A stretch of 42,388 bases of DNA from Pasteurellaceae bacterium (GCA_900755445.1 CAAEGL010000016.1:1-42388), one strand, 5' to 3'; shown: positions 1 through 11,542, counted from the first letter of the stretch. The notes: generated from the letters alone by a model not told the origin. Made by a program: numbers and translations.

Positions 1-252
1 ATTTGCCAGTTGAATATCTTCTTCTGTCACACGACCTTTGGATTTACTTAAATGTCCAAGTACCGCAAAAGTAGTTTGCATAAAGAGCGCTTGTCGGGTC
101 GTTTTTTTCTTAAAAAAGCTAGAGTTAACCGAACCAAGCTCATAGAGTTTTTTATCTGCGATTGAGCCTAAAATGAGTCCTGCGATGGCACCGAAAAAAC
201 CACCCCATTTAAAACCGAGAAAAACGCCGATAATCTTTCCAATAAAATTCAT
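1..252 (-). CDS. djlA: Co-chaperone DjlA, 5' part only (runs off window start)
   Basis: Hand translation from ATG at 252: MNFIGKIIGVFLGFKWGGFFGAIAGLILGSIADKK...FMQTTFAVLGHLSKSKGRVTEEDIQLAN, the typical Gly-rich TM and TerB-like N-terminus of DjlA. Not in the ORF track. Confidence 0.92.
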   Translation of the reverse strand, partial: MNFIGKIIGVFLGFKWGGFFGAIAGLILGSIADKKLYELGSVNSSFFKKKTTRQALFMQTTFAVLGHLSKSKGRVTEEDIQLAN

Positions 253-264
253 GCTATTCTCAAT

Positions 265-299
265 AAAAAAACAAACCCCTGTTGAACAATCTACAGGGG
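265..299 (-). terminator. Intrinsic terminator after the small-ORF cassette
   Basis: Stem CCCCTGT(276-282)/ACAGGGG(293-299), followed on the minus strand by TTTGTTTTTTT. Confidence 0.65.
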
Positions 300-319
300 C
301 TAAAATTACTACAAATAAA

Positions 320-415
320 CTAAGCTGCTTTTTTTAGTTTATTCGCTTCACCACGAGCAATAATTTCATTGATTGCTCGCTCTAAACGTGCATTTAAGAA
401 AGCTAATTTTGACAT
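320..415 (-). CDS. Small basic 31-aa peptide MSKLAFLNARLERAINEIIARGEANKLKKAA, unknown function
   Basis: ATG at 415, TAG at 320-322; AGGAG Shine-Dalgarno lies in the last codons of the upstream ORF; terminator follows. Below the ORF-track size cut-off. Confidence 0.6.
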   Translation of the reverse strand: MSKLAFLNARLERAINEIIARGEANKLKKAA

Positions 416-419
416 AATG

Positions 420-752
420 TTACTCCTGATGGTAAATGTTAGTATTAACAATAGTCTTTATCTGGGATTTAAAACTATCATCATCTATATTCGCGTTTTT
501 TAAACAATTAATTAAACCAAACGCCAATAGTACTGCCTGCTTAGCATTTAAATTACTAGCAGGTAACTCATGATCAATCTTAGTTAGGATATCCAATAAA
601 TCATCTAAACTAGGATCAGTAATCTCGCGCAAGGCTGGTAAGCCATTTTCGTTATAATAAGTATAAACGTAAGAGAATAAAGAGTTTAATAAAGTGAGAG
701 TTTTATTAACATCCTGTTCATCAGAATGTTCAAAATGTGAGTCATGACTCAT
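420..752 (-). CDS. Hypothetical acidic 110-aa protein
   Basis: ORF track; AGGGGA RBS upstream; AT-rich; no family recognised. Confidence 0.65.
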   Translation of the reverse strand: MSHDSHFEHSDEQDVNKTLTLLNSLFSYVYTYYNENGLPALREITDPSLDDLLDILTKIDHELPASNLNAKQAVLLAFGLINCLKNANIDDDSFKSQIKTIVNTNIYHQE

Positions 753-829
753 AAAACCTATCCCCTAATATATAGACATAAAAAAATAATTCAAGAACAT
801 TTACTTTAGTTCTTCTAAAAAGGTTATGT

Positions 830-857
830 ATTCTATCATAACAGTAGACATTCTCAA
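830..857 (-). promoter_or_regulatory. Candidate sigma70 promoter for the small-ORF cassette
   Basis: TTGAGA(857-852), 16-nt spacer, extended -10 TGaTAGAAT(838-830). Confidence 0.45.
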
Positions 858-859
858 GA

Positions 860-1501
860 TTAAATTCCATATTGTTCTTTATACTTATGAATACTTTTCA
901 AATGTTCTTTGTATTGGGATTCTTGTGCAATGAATTGTATCAAGTCATCAAGATCAATAATAGAAAGCACTTTGCACTGGTAGTCGCGTTCCACTTCTTG
1001 AATTGCAGAAAGTTCCCCTTTGCCTTTTTCTTTGCGATTTAATGCAATAAATACAGCGGCTAATTTGGCGTGATTGGCCTCAAGAAGCGCCATGGATTCA
1101 CGAATAGCGGTGCCGGCAGTGATGACATCATCGACTAACAACACATTGCCGCTTAATGGGCTACCGATCAAATTACCACCTTCACCGTGATCTTTCGCTT
1201 CTTTACGATTAAAGCAAACTGGTGTATCACGGTTAAATTGATTAAATAATGCAATGGAAACGCTCGTCGCAATCGGAATGCCTTTATAGGCAGGCCCAAA
1301 AATGACATCAAAATCGACCGCACTTGATTGAATTGCTTTCGCGTAGTATTCACCTAAGCGAGCAAGATCTGCGCCAGTACTAAACAATCCGGCATTGAAA
1401 AAATAAGGACTTTTTCGACCTGATTTTAGGGTAAATTCACCAAATTTGAGCACTTGGCGGCTCAGCGCGAATTTAATAAATTCGATTTTGTAGCTTTCCA
1501 T
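860..1501 (-). CDS. pyrE: Orotate phosphoribosyltransferase
   Basis: [37 protein letters not shown] and [10 protein letters not shown] (PRPP motif). Confidence 0.98.
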   Translation of the reverse strand: MESYKIEFIKFALSRQVLKFGEFTLKSGRKSPYFFNAGLFSTGADLARLGEYYAKAIQSSAVDFDVIFGPAYKGIPIATSVSIALFNQFNRDTPVCFNRKEAKDHGEGGNLIGSPLSGNVLLVDDVITAGTAIRESMALLEANHAKLAAVFIALNRKEKGKGELSAIQEVERDYQCKVLSIIDLDDLIQFIAQESQYKEHLKSIHKYKEQYGI

Positions 1502-1510
1502 TTTTTGTTC

Positions 1511-2227
1511 CTATAAACCTAATGCTTCACGTTGTGCAGCGAAGATTTGTTCGCAGCCTTGTCTTGCTAAGCCCAATAAGGTGAGTAATTCTTCGTGGCT
1601 AAATGGTTCACCTTCTGCAGTACCTTGTACTTCAATCATGCGGCCATCTTCCATCATAACAACGTTCATGTCTGTCTCGGCGGCTGAATCTTCCACATAT
1701 TCCAAATCACACACGGCTTCACCTTCAACAATTCCAACCGAAATTGCAGCAACCAGACCTTTGATTGGATTGGTTTTTAATGTGCCGTTAGCGATTAAAC
1801 CGTTGATAGCATCACATAAAGCCACTGCTGCACCAGTGATAGAAGCAGTTCTTGTACCACCATCCGCTTGAATCACATCGCAGTCTAAGGTAATAGAACG
1901 TTCGCCAAGAGCTTCTAAGTCAACCATGGCACGTAATGAGCGAGCGATTAAGCGTTGAATTTCCATGGTACGTCCACCTTGTTTGCCTTTTGCGGCCTCA
2001 CGTTGCATACGGCTGTGTGTAGAGCGTGGCAACATGCCATATTCTGCTGTCACCCAACCTTGATTTTGTCCTTTTAAGAAACGCGGTACGCTTTCATCAA
2101 CACTCGCCGTACATAAAACTTTGGTATCACCAAATTCCACTAATACTGAGCCTTCAGCATGTTTCGTGTAATTACGGGTGATTTTAATTGGACGAGATTG
2201 ATGATTTTCACGATTATTTGGACGCAT
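1511..2227 (-). CDS. rph: Ribonuclease PH
   Basis: [28 protein letters not shown]; directly upstream of pyrE. Confidence 0.98.
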   Translation of the reverse strand: MRPNNRENHQSRPIKITRNYTKHAEGSVLVEFGDTKVLCTASVDESVPRFLKGQNQGWVTAEYGMLPRSTHSRMQREAAKGKQGGRTMEIQRLIARSLRAMVDLEALGERSITLDCDVIQADGGTRTASITGAAVALCDAINGLIANGTLKTNPIKGLVAAISVGIVEGEAVCDLEYVEDSAAETDMNVVMMEDGRMIEVQGTAEGEPFSHEELLTLLGLARQGCEQIFAAQREALGL

Positions 2228-2254
2228 TCTGAATTCCTTTATTTTTATTGATAA

Positions 2255-2282
2255 AAAAGCGTGCCTATTTTAGCACGCTTTT
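2255..2282. terminator. Hairpin/terminator between dauA and rph
   Basis: AAAAGCGTGC-ctatttta-GCACGCTTTT inverted repeat. Confidence 0.6.
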
Positions 2283-2289
2283 CACTGTT

Positions 2290-4032
2290 TTATGGATTTG
2301 CTTGTTCAAACTCACGAATTTTATTAAAGACATCTTGTAAATCGGAGCCGTAGTTGATTTTTTGCAATTCAGGAACAGAGTTTGATTTCACTAACATTCT
2401 GAGTGGTTGGAACTGCATATTACACAAGTAGATTTGTTGATGTGGCAACATATGTTGTACAAAGTGAGTGAGTGCATGAATGCCCCCCGTATCGAGCACG
2501 GTCACGGCATCGCATTGCAATACAATATGTTTGATCTCGTGATCCGTATGTACGGTTTTATCGTGCAAATCCGCAAAGAGTTTATCTGCCGCGGCAAAGA
2601 ACAATGGACCACTGATACGATAAGCTAACACATCATTCAGATCTTCTGGTGCAGGTTGCTCAATAGCTTTTGTCATTTCTGCAATGGTGCGAATAAATAA
2701 GAGGCTCGCCAATAATACGCCAACTGAGATGGCAATCACCATATCGAATAATACAGTGAGAATTAGGCAAGTGAACAACACCGCAATTTCATTTTGTGTG
2801 GAACGACGCGCCAAACGAATAATTTCAGGCACGTTCGCCATATGCCAAGCCACCATTAACAACAATGCGGCCATGGAAGAAAGTGGCAAGTAAGACAGGG
2901 CATTCGCAAAGAATAACAGTGAGAATAAGACCAAGAGTGCATGAACAACACTAGATATTGGTGATACCGCACCCGATTTCACATTAGCTGCTGAGCGCGC
3001 AATGGCTGCAGTTGCGGTAATCCCGCCTAAGAATGGCGAAACAATATTCCCTAAACCCTGAGCAAGCAGTTCATTATTGGATCGATGTTTAGTATCAGTC
3101 ATGTTATCTAAAATGACCGCACAAAGTAGTGACTCAATCGCACCTAATACTGCCATTGAAAAGGCTGCAGGTAAGAGATCTTGTATTTTATCAAAATTCC
3201 AATTAATGATTTCCCCCTGTGCGTTTGGAATATTCCAAGGTAAGGCAAACTCGGGCAAGACATTCGGAATGCCATTTCCCGTTGTGCCATCCGCTAAGGT
3301 GTAGTGGAACGCTGTACCAATGGTTTCAACCGAGAAACCAAATTGTCCTAAAGCTAATGCCATCAGTGTACCAATAATCACAGCAGGTAAATGACCAGGC
3401 ACAGGTAAACGAAGTTTATGCCATTGGGTGAGCACAAATAAGGTGACGACACCAACAGCGGTATCAGCCCAGCTAATCGTCGGAAGTGCGGTCAAAATAG
3501 CCTGTACTTTTTCAATATAGTGAGATGGCATTTGGGCAATATCTAAACCTAAGAAATCTTTGATTTGTAATGTACCGATGGTAATGCCAATTCCGCAGGT
3601 AAAGCCCAGTGTAACGGGGAGAGGAATGTACTCAATTAGTCGTCCTAATCGAGACAAGGCCATGATGACTAAAATAATCCCCGAAAGTAGCGTTGCCATG
3701 AGCAAACCACTGAGTCCAAATTGTTGGGTGACGGGATATAAAATCACGACAAATGCCGCGGTTGGTCCAGAAATATTGAAACGCGATCCACCAGTTAATG
3801 CAATCACAATACCCGCTACGATAGCCGTATAAAGACCATGTTGTGGTGGAACACCGCTGGCGATCGCTAAGGCCATGGAGAGGGGAATCGCAATGACTCC
3901 TACTGTAAGCCCCGCAATAATATCTTTAATCAATTTTTGTTTTCCGTAACCTTCACGGAAAGATTCTTTCAATGCGCTAAATGGTTTTACGGCCAAAAAC
4001 ACATTTTTAGAAAAGAGTGATTTGATTTGCAT
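2290..4032 (-). CDS. dauA: SulP/SLC26-family C4-dicarboxylate transporter with STAS domain
   Basis: [36 protein letters not shown] (STAS); DauA/YchM-like. Confidence 0.88.
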   Translation of the reverse strand: MQIKSLFSKNVFLAVKPFSALKESFREGYGKQKLIKDIIAGLTVGVIAIPLSMALAIASGVPPQHGLYTAIVAGIVIALTGGSRFNISGPTAAFVVILYPVTQQFGLSGLLMATLLSGIILVIMALSRLGRLIEYIPLPVTLGFTCGIGITIGTLQIKDFLGLDIAQMPSHYIEKVQAILTALPTISWADTAVGVVTLFVLTQWHKLRLPVPGHLPAVIIGTLMALALGQFGFSVETIGTAFHYTLADGTTGNGIPNVLPEFALPWNIPNAQGEIINWNFDKIQDLLPAAFSMAVLGAIESLLCAVILDNMTDTKHRSNNELLAQGLGNIVSPFLGGITATAAIARSAANVKSGAVSPISSVVHALLVLFSLLFFANALSYLPLSSMAALLLMVAWHMANVPEIIRLARRSTQNEIAVLFTCLILTVLFDMVIAISVGVLLASLLFIRTIAEMTKAIEQPAPEDLNDVLAYRISGPLFFAAADKLFADLHDKTVHTDHEIKHIVLQCDAVTVLDTGGIHALTHFVQHMLPHQQIYLCNMQFQPLRMLVKSNSVPELQKINYGSDLQDVFNKIREFEQANP

Positions 4033-4156
4033 AAAAATACGACAATAAAAAGGAATGAGTTTATATTTTAGCTAAAAGGAATAGGATTTTTTATGTTCTA
4101 GCTCAAAAAACTTGACTAATCTTGGATAAATCTTTATATTTCACGCACTTCAAAAT

Positions 4157-4246
4157 GGTGAGATGTCCGAGTGGTTGAAGGAGCACGCCTGGAAAGCGTG
4201 TATGTGCGAAAGTGCATCGGGGGTTCGAATCCCCCTCTCACCGCCA
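4157..4246 (+). tRNA. tRNA-Ser(GGA)
   Basis: GGTGAGATGTCCGAGTGG...CCTGGAAAGC, long variable arm, GGTTCGAATCC...CCA. Confidence 0.97.
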
Positions 4247-4403
4247 TTCAAATATTTTCTTTTCTGAATTTAAAATCATCTTTTAAATCAATCATTTTTG
4301 AAATCTAGAATTGACGTTATTTTTCTTTGTATAAAATATGCGTAGAGCTATTACTTTCGCTGAAAAAGTAAATAGAAAAACAATAATAGATTGAGATGAG
4401 TTA

Positions 4404-4480
<77 letters not shown>

Positions 4481-4532
4481 ATTTTAAGGGTTACATCTTT
4501 TGTATGGAATTTCGAGGGAAATATAAAAGAAG

Positions 4533-4609
4533 TGGTCGGCGAGATAGGATTTGAACCTACGACCCACTGGTCCCAAACCAGTTGCGCTACCAAGCTGCGC
4601 TACTCGCCG
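4533..4609 (-). tRNA. tRNA-Pro(TGG)
   Basis: Reverse complement CGGCGAGTAGCGCAGCTTGGTAGC...TTTGGGA...GGTTCAAATCC...ACCA. Confidence 0.97.
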
Positions 4610-4747
4610 ACGATTGAGCACAATTATAGTGAGCTTTTCTTTTCAGTCAATTAATTTTTTAGATTCCTCTTTCAACTGCTCAAAATTATTTCAGTTTTTT
4701 TACCGCTCTTTTGTTGTCTTTGTAAAATAAGGCGTAGTCAGTTAAAA

Positions 4748-4763
4748 TAGCAAACGTTTACTT
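4748..4763. promoter_or_regulatory. Putative PurR box upstream of folD
   Basis: TAGCAAACGTTTACTT versus consensus ACGCAAACGTTTGCGT; one-carbon gene context. Confidence 0.65.
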
Positions 4764-4786
4764 AATGCCACCTTGAGGAAAAATGC

Positions 4787-5644
4787 ATGACTGCCCAAAT
4801 TATTTCAGGTACTGAACTATCAAAAAAAATTAAATCTGATGTTGCCAGTAAAATTGAACATTATCGTGCTCAAGGTAAACGTGCGCCAGGACTTGCAGTA
4901 ATTTTAGTGGGCGCAGATCCTGCTTCTCAAGTCTATGTGGGCAGTAAACGTAAAAGTTGCGAAGAGATTGGAATGGTTTCGAAATCCTATGATTTACCTG
5001 AAACCACGACAGAGGCGGAACTACTACAACTGATTGACCAATTAAATGCCGATGAGAGCATTGATGGCATTCTAGTCCAGCTTCCATTGCCTGAACAAAT
5101 TAATAGCACATCAGTGATTGAGCGTATTAGCCCTGAAAAAGATGTGGATGGTTTCCACCCTTATAATGTGGGACGTTTATGCCAACGTATCCCAACTTTA
5201 CGTGCTTGCACCCCTTATGGCGTGATGAAATTATTAGAAACTACAGGTATTGATTTACACGGTAAACATGCCGTGATCGTTGGGGCTTCAAATATTGTGG
5301 GGCGTCCAATGTCACTTGAATTATTATTAGCAGGCGCTACCGTCACAGTAACACACCGTTTCACCAAAGATTTAGAGCATCATATTCGTCAGGCGGATGT
5401 TTTAGTTGTAGCTGTGGGCAAACCTCGGTTTATTCCAGGAGATTGGATTAAAGAAGGGGCAACAGTCATTGATGTGGGGATTAACCGTATCAATGGCAAA
5501 TTAGTGGGCGATGTGGAATATGATGTGGCGATACAAAAAGCGGCTTATATTACGCCAGTACCAGGTGGAGTAGGGCCAATGACAGTTGCCATGCTGATGT
5601 TTAATACTCTTTATGCTTATGAGCATAACAATCAATTAGTTTAA
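4787..5644 (+). CDS. folD: Methylenetetrahydrofolate dehydrogenase/cyclohydrolase
   Basis: [33 protein letters not shown]. Confidence 0.98.
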   Translation: MTAQIISGTELSKKIKSDVASKIEHYRAQGKRAPGLAVILVGADPASQVYVGSKRKSCEEIGMVSKSYDLPETTTEAELLQLIDQLNADESIDGILVQLPLPEQINSTSVIERISPEKDVDGFHPYNVGRLCQRIPTLRACTPYGVMKLLETTGIDLHGKHAVIVGASNIVGRPMSLELLLAGATVTVTHRFTKDLEHHIRQADVLVVAVGKPRFIPGDWIKEGATVIDVGINRINGKLVGDVEYDVAIQKAAYITPVPGGVGPMTVAMLMFNTLYAYEHNNQLV

Positions 5645-5650
5645 GGAATG

Positions 5651-5683
5651 AAAAAAGTGCGGTTAAATTTGACCGCACTTTTT
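5651..5683. terminator. Bidirectional terminator made of an inverted USS pair
   Basis: AAAAAAGTGCGGT-taaatttg-ACCGCACTTTTT between convergent folD and ndh. Confidence 0.85.
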
Positions 5684-5686
5684 GTC

Positions 5687-7021
5687 TTAATGCAATTTCA
5701 ATCTTGGTTTTAAATAGTGGTTAAGTTTATCCACTAAAATAATCAAGCCAATCTTAATACATCCATGCAAAGCATGTTGATGCATACGATATAAAGACAC
5801 ATATGCAAACTGTGCAAATTTACCTTGAACAGTCAGTGGGTTTTTCCCAAATTTATTTGAAATGCTGCCCAATGCGGTAAAGCTTGAAAGGGAAACTAAG
5901 GTTCCTTTATCGTTGTATTTGAATGCTTTTAATGGTTTTTGCTCAAAAAGTGCAAAGATATTTTTTGCACAGGCTTTTGCCATTTGATGTGCCGCTTGCG
6001 CTCTTGGCGGGACTAATTTACCGTTTGGTTGCATTAATGCTGCACAGTCACCAATCGCGAAAATACTGTCATCCACCGTAGTTTGAAGGGTATCTTTTAC
6101 CACTAATTGATTGATGCGGTTAAGCTCTAATCCATCAAATTGCTGTGTCACCGTTGAGGTACGAACACCCGCCGCCCACACAATCAGATCAGCTTTGATT
6201 TCTTCTCCATCTTTAGTGATAAGCGTGTTTGGTTGGGCTTCTGTGATCATGGTATTTAATTTCACGTTTGCGCCCATTTCTTGTAATTCATCTAATACCG
6301 CTGCAGATAAATTTTCAGGTAGAGCAGGCAATAAGCGAGGACCCGCTTCAACTAAAGTGACTTGCAAGCAAGAATTATCAATTTTGCCGTAACCATAAGA
6401 AGACAAGTCTTCAGTCGCATGATAAAGCTCCGCAGTTAATTCCACACCAGTTGCACCACCGCCAACAATCGCAATATTGACTTTGCTCTCATCGACTAAT
6501 TTCTGTTTAAATTCTTCTTCACCAATATCGTCTAATGCACAGTTTTCAGAGAATTTAAGGAATAATTCCAACATTCGTTGTTGGAAGCGAAGTGCTTGAT
6601 CAGAGCTGTCTAAGAAAATACAGTTATCGGCCACACCTTTTGTATTGAAATCATTCGATTTACTACCGATCGCAATCACCAAGTAATCATAAGGAATACG
6701 ACGTGCAACCACGAGCATATCGCCTTCTTGCCCATAAACAGGGGCAAGTTCAACATATTTTTGCTCGCGATTAATACGTGTGATTGAACCTTGTTCAAAG
6801 CTAAAATGGTGGTTTTTACCGTGTGCACGATAGCTCAGAGAATCCGTGCCATCATCCATTACACCTGTGGCAATTTCATGTAATAAGGGTTTCCACAAGT
6901 GGGTCGCATTGCGATCCACAAGCGTCACTTTAGCCTGTTTTTTACGACCTAATTTATCGCCTAAAAATGTCGCTAACTCTATGCCGCCGGCGCCACCGCC
7001 AACGATCACGACGTTTTTCAT
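5687..7021 (-). CDS. ndh: Type II NADH dehydrogenase
   Basis: IVGGGAGG, HLWKPLLHE, IVGGGATGVEL, PPRAQAAHQ, C-terminal PRLKLH. Confidence 0.96.
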   Translation of the reverse strand: MKNVVIVGGGAGGIELATFLGDKLGRKKQAKVTLVDRNATHLWKPLLHEIATGVMDDGTDSLSYRAHGKNHHFSFEQGSITRINREQKYVELAPVYGQEGDMLVVARRIPYDYLVIAIGSKSNDFNTKGVADNCIFLDSSDQALRFQQRMLELFLKFSENCALDDIGEEEFKQKLVDESKVNIAIVGGGATGVELTAELYHATEDLSSYGYGKIDNSCLQVTLVEAGPRLLPALPENLSAAVLDELQEMGANVKLNTMITEAQPNTLITKDGEEIKADLIVWAAGVRTSTVTQQFDGLELNRINQLVVKDTLQTTVDDSIFAIGDCAALMQPNGKLVPPRAQAAHQMAKACAKNIFALFEQKPLKAFKYNDKGTLVSLSSFTALGSISNKFGKNPLTVQGKFAQFAYVSLYRMHQHALHGCIKIGLIILVDKLNHYLKPRLKLH

Positions 7022-7121
7022 AAAGTACTCCTAAAAGCAAAATTGTTAAAAATGTTAAACTAATGTAATGATAGCATAACAAATAAACAAGACGAAAAAA
7101 TTTAATGGAAATGACCGCACT

Positions 7122-7745
7122 TTATTGATGGCAGCGATCGTAAAGCGGTTGTAACTGTTGAATGGTTTTTGTGATAAATGAAACGGGATCAATTTGATGA
7201 AGTTCAGCTTTTTCAATGCTTTTCCCAATGCACCAAAAATCTCCCTCTGATCGTAAAAAGAGATCTTTTTCAGCAATTTGTTTCACTTGGCGAAAGTCAC
7301 CATATTCGCTTTCATCTTCTCGCCAAATATCAAAATCAGCAAATTGTTTGAAATCAAATTGATCAAGCCACTGATTATATTGTTGTACATTAATTTGTGA
7401 GCGATCTGCACGATAGCAATGCCAATCTAAACACACTCTTAGTCGGCGACGATTTAATAGCACAGAAAAGATTGCTGCAGAATTTTGATTAAACTCGTAT
7501 TTAAAATAAGCGAAGAAATGTGCTCGAACCTGCCAGCCATTGGTCCAACTTTCAATATGCGGTTTCGCAAAAGGCATGCCAAGTTGCTTTGCCACTTCTT
7601 GAATAATCGCTTTCCAGTTATCCCAATGTAATTTGTAATCCGTTTTAATCGCCGGAATATCTTCTGGACAGAATTTCTTCATTTGAGCGAATTGATAGAA
7701 AGGAATATTGAACAGTTCACAAGATTCAGCCGTAAGCGAGAGCAT
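7122..7745 (-). CDS. Conserved Pasteurellaceae hypothetical protein (HI_0552-like)
   Basis: PHIESWTNGWQVRAHFFAYFKY motif; downstream of apaH as recalled for H. influenzae. Confidence 0.75.
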   Translation of the reverse strand: MLSLTAESCELFNIPFYQFAQMKKFCPEDIPAIKTDYKLHWDNWKAIIQEVAKQLGMPFAKPHIESWTNGWQVRAHFFAYFKYEFNQNSAAIFSVLLNRRRLRVCLDWHCYRADRSQINVQQYNQWLDQFDFKQFADFDIWREDESEYGDFRQVKQIAEKDLFLRSEGDFWCIGKSIEKAELHQIDPVSFITKTIQQLQPLYDRCHQ

Positions 7746-7754
7746 AGCATTTCC

Positions 7755-8582
7755 TTAAAAATCACTGTAATTTTTGACCGCACTTTGTGTGAAGAACTGT
7801 TTATCTTCCCAACGCAACATGGTCATCCGATTATTCCATACACAACCAGTATCTAGGGCATAAATACCTTTTGGAGTTGGCTCATCGACTAAACTTGCCC
7901 AATGCCCAAAGACAATGGGAATTTGTTTATAAAGTGGGTTATCTAAATTAAACCAAGGCGTGAGCTCTGCTGGCGCATCTTTTAAAGGGGATTTACAAGC
8001 AAAATTAAAGCGATGATCCAAATAGCAAAAACGCATTCGAGTGAAAGCATTAATAATGTAACGATGACGCGCTAAGCCCTGTAAATCTGGCGACCAGCGA
8101 TCTGGCTGTTCAGAATACATATTTTCAATAAGATAATGAAAATCGCCGTGCTGTAAAATCTGTTCAACTTCAGCTGCACAAGATTTCGCAGTTTCCAAAT
8201 CCCAATCAGGCGAAATACCAGCATGCGCCATCAGGAAGTTTAACTTTTCATTATGCACAAGTAAGGGCTGATGGCGTAACCAATGAATCAGTTCATCAAA
8301 ATCGGACGCATTAAAAATGGCATTGACACGATCACGCGGTTTTACCTTTTTAATACCCAGTGCGGTCGCAATTAAATGTAAATCGTGATTCCCTAGTACA
8401 GTTTGTGCTGCATTACCAAGTGATTTTACGAAACGAAGACATTCAAGTGATTTATCCCCACGGGCCACAAGATCCCCCACAAGATAAAGTTTATCTTGCG
8501 TAGGATTGAAATCTACACGTTCTAATAAAAGCTGTAATTCATCATAACAGCCTTGCAAATCACCGACGAAATAGGTTGCCAT
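7755..8582 (-). CDS. apaH: Symmetrical bis(5'-nucleosyl)-tetraphosphatase
   Basis: GDLQGC, GDLVARG, LGNHD, FGHW, LDTGCVW. Confidence 0.97.
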   Translation of the reverse strand: MATYFVGDLQGCYDELQLLLERVDFNPTQDKLYLVGDLVARGDKSLECLRFVKSLGNAAQTVLGNHDLHLIATALGIKKVKPRDRVNAIFNASDFDELIHWLRHQPLLVHNEKLNFLMAHAGISPDWDLETAKSCAAEVEQILQHGDFHYLIENMYSEQPDRWSPDLQGLARHRYIINAFTRMRFCYLDHRFNFACKSPLKDAPAELTPWFNLDNPLYKQIPIVFGHWASLVDEPTPKGIYALDTGCVWNNRMTMLRWEDKQFFTQSAVKNYSDF

Positions 8583-8597
8583 TTTTGACCACTCTTT

Positions 8598-9461
8598 TTA
8601 CTCTTCTGAATCTAAGATTTCATCTTTATTGATATCAGCTGGAGGATTATCTGCCAACCAGTTCGCTAAGCGCGCATAATCTGCGATAGCCAAATTTTCT
8701 GCACGTGCATTTAAATCAATACCAAGTGCGGTCAGATTTTCAGGTGAAAATAGTGTTGAGAGTGCATTGCGTAATGTTTTTCGACGTTGATTAAACGCTT
8801 GGGAGCAAACACGGTTCAACCAATATAAATCTTTTACAGGGTGCGGTAATTCTTTATGCGGAATTAAACGCACAACGGCTGAATCCACTTTAGGTGCTGG
8901 TTTGAATGCAGAAGGCGGTACTTCAAGCACAGGCATCACTTGGCAGAAATATTGCGCCATAATGGTTAAGCGACCATAAGCTTTGCTATTTGGCCCTGCG
9001 CATAAGCGTTTCACCACTTCTTTTTGCAGCATGAAGTGCATATCTTGAATTACATCATGATACTTAAATAAGTGGAACATCAATGGGGTAGAAATGTTGT
9101 AAGGTAAGTTACCAAACACGCGTAATTTCTGGCCTTTTTCTGCTAGGTTTTCTTGTCTATAAAGCTCACCAAAATCAAATTGCATCGCATCCGTTTCAAT
9201 AACGGTGAGTTTTTGATGTAAAAATGGATGATGACGTAAACGTTCAGCAAGGTCTCGGTCAAGCTCGACCACAGTCAGATGATCGACAAGTTCACCAACA
9301 GGCTCTGTTAATGCACCAAGTCCCGGACCAATTTCCACTAGGAATTGATAGGGTTGTGGGTAAATCGCCGCCACGATACCTTGAATTATAGAAGTATCAT
9401 GTAAAAAGTTTTGACCAAAGCGTTTACGCGCCGTATGGCCTAAGTGTTTTTTTGAATTCAT
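8598..9461 (-). CDS. rsmA: 16S rRNA dimethyltransferase RsmA/KsgA
   Basis: [25 protein letters not shown]. Confidence 0.98.
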   Translation of the reverse strand: MNSKKHLGHTARKRFGQNFLHDTSIIQGIVAAIYPQPYQFLVEIGPGLGALTEPVGELVDHLTVVELDRDLAERLRHHPFLHQKLTVIETDAMQFDFGELYRQENLAEKGQKLRVFGNLPYNISTPLMFHLFKYHDVIQDMHFMLQKEVVKRLCAGPNSKAYGRLTIMAQYFCQVMPVLEVPPSAFKPAPKVDSAVVRLIPHKELPHPVKDLYWLNRVCSQAFNQRRKTLRNALSTLFSPENLTALGIDLNARAENLAIADYARLANWLADNPPADINKDEILDSEE

Positions 9462-9535
9462 AAGTACTATTTAATAAGAAAAGTGCGGTTATTATAGAGC
9501 CTGTATTTCTTTTGTAAATCATTCCTAAGTCTTGA

Positions 9536-9907
<372 letters not shown>

Positions 9908-9921
9908 TTTAGAAATAAAAG

Positions 9922-9952
9922 AAAAGCCGATATGTTGATATCGGCTTTTTTT
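9922..9952 (+). terminator. infA terminator
   Basis: AAAAGCCGATAT-gttg-ATATCGGCTTTTTTT. Confidence 0.85.
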
Positions 9953-10030
9953 GTTTGAAAAGCGTACAAATTATTTGAAGTCTAGAAAAAAATCTGTATA
10001 ATCAGCGCCCTTAGCCACGTTCATTTTTTC

Positions 10031-10092
10031 GTTCCTTGCCTTTGCAGATTGGTGGCTAATCTACGTCAAAGGCTGATTAACCCGTAAGGAGC
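10031..10092 (+). promoter_or_regulatory. S6:S18 ribosomal-protein leader RNA (autogenous control)
   Basis: TCCTT pairs with the SD AAGGA, GCCTTTG/CAAAGGC stem, and unpaired CCC just before the SD of rpsF. Confidence 0.7.
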
Positions 10093-10096
10093 AGTA

Positions 10097-10460
10097 ATGC
10101 GTCACTACGAAATCGTGTTTATGGTTCATCCGGACCAAAGCGAGCAAGTACCAGGTATGATCGAACGTTACACAGGTTCTGTTAAAGAAGCTGGTGGTCA
10201 AGTTCATCGCCTAGAAGATTGGGGTCGTCGTCAATTAGCGTACCCAATTAACAAATTACACAAAGCACACTATGTGCTTATGAATGTAGAAGCGCCTCAA
10301 CAAGTCATCGACGAGCTAGAAACGACTTTCCGTTATAACGATGCTGTATTACGCAGTCTTGTTATCCATACTAAGCACGCCGTAACCGAAGCGTCCCCAA
10401 TGAAAGCGGCTAAAGAAGAACGTAAACCTTTAGCTGAAGTTGAAAACAACGATTTTGAGG

Positions 10461-10474
<14 letters not shown>
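10097..10474 (+). CDS. rpsF: 30S ribosomal protein S6
   Basis: [30 protein letters not shown]. Confidence 0.99.
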
Positions 10475-11029
<555 letters not shown>

Positions 11030-11043
11030 GAAGGAGTTAGGAA

Positions 11044-11493
11044 ATGCAAGTAATTCTTTTAGATAAAATCGTTCACCTAGGTAACGTAGGTGATCAAGTT
11101 AATGTTAAATCTGGTTTCGCTCGTAACTTCTTAATCCCACAAGGTAAAGCAGTTATGGCAACTAAAGCTAACATTGAACACTTTGAAGCACGTCGTGCAG
11201 AGTTAGAAGCAGCGGCAGCAGCAAGTTTAGCAGCAGCCCAAGCTCGTGCAGCACAAGTGACTGCATTAGGTTCTGTCACTATCGCATCTAAAGCAGGTGA
11301 TGAAGGTCGTTTATTCGGCGCAATCACTACTCGTGATGTAGCAGAAGCAGTAACTGCAGCTGGTGTTGAAATTGCGAAAAGCGAAGTTCGTTTACCAAAC
11401 GGTCCAATCCGTACTCTTGGTGATCACGATGTTCGTTTCCAACTTCACGGCGAAGTATTTGCAACGTTAGATGTTATCGTTGTTGCAGAATAA
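11044..11493 (+). CDS. rplI: 50S ribosomal protein L9
   Basis: MQVILLDK...[16 protein letters not shown]. Confidence 0.99.
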   Translation: MQVILLDKIVHLGNVGDQVNVKSGFARNFLIPQGKAVMATKANIEHFEARRAELEAAAAASLAAAQARAAQVTALGSVTIASKAGDEGRLFGAITTRDVAEAVTAAGVEIAKSEVRLPNGPIRTLGDHDVRFQLHGEVFATLDVIVVAE

Positions 11494-11515
11494 TTATCAA
11501 AGTTTTTGATAAAAG

Positions 11516-11542
11516 AAAACCCGACATTATGTCGGGTTTTTT
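11516..11542. terminator. Terminator after rplI, likely bidirectional with iolB
   Basis: AAAACCCGACA-tta-TGTCGGGTTTTTT. Confidence 0.85.

Noticed and set aside
4247..4403. Convergent tRNA-Ser/tRNA-Arg 3' ends as an integration site, plus TTGACG...TAAAAT
   Set aside because: Only ~157 AT-rich nt with weak hairpins, no att repeat or integrase; promoter spacing is 15 nt
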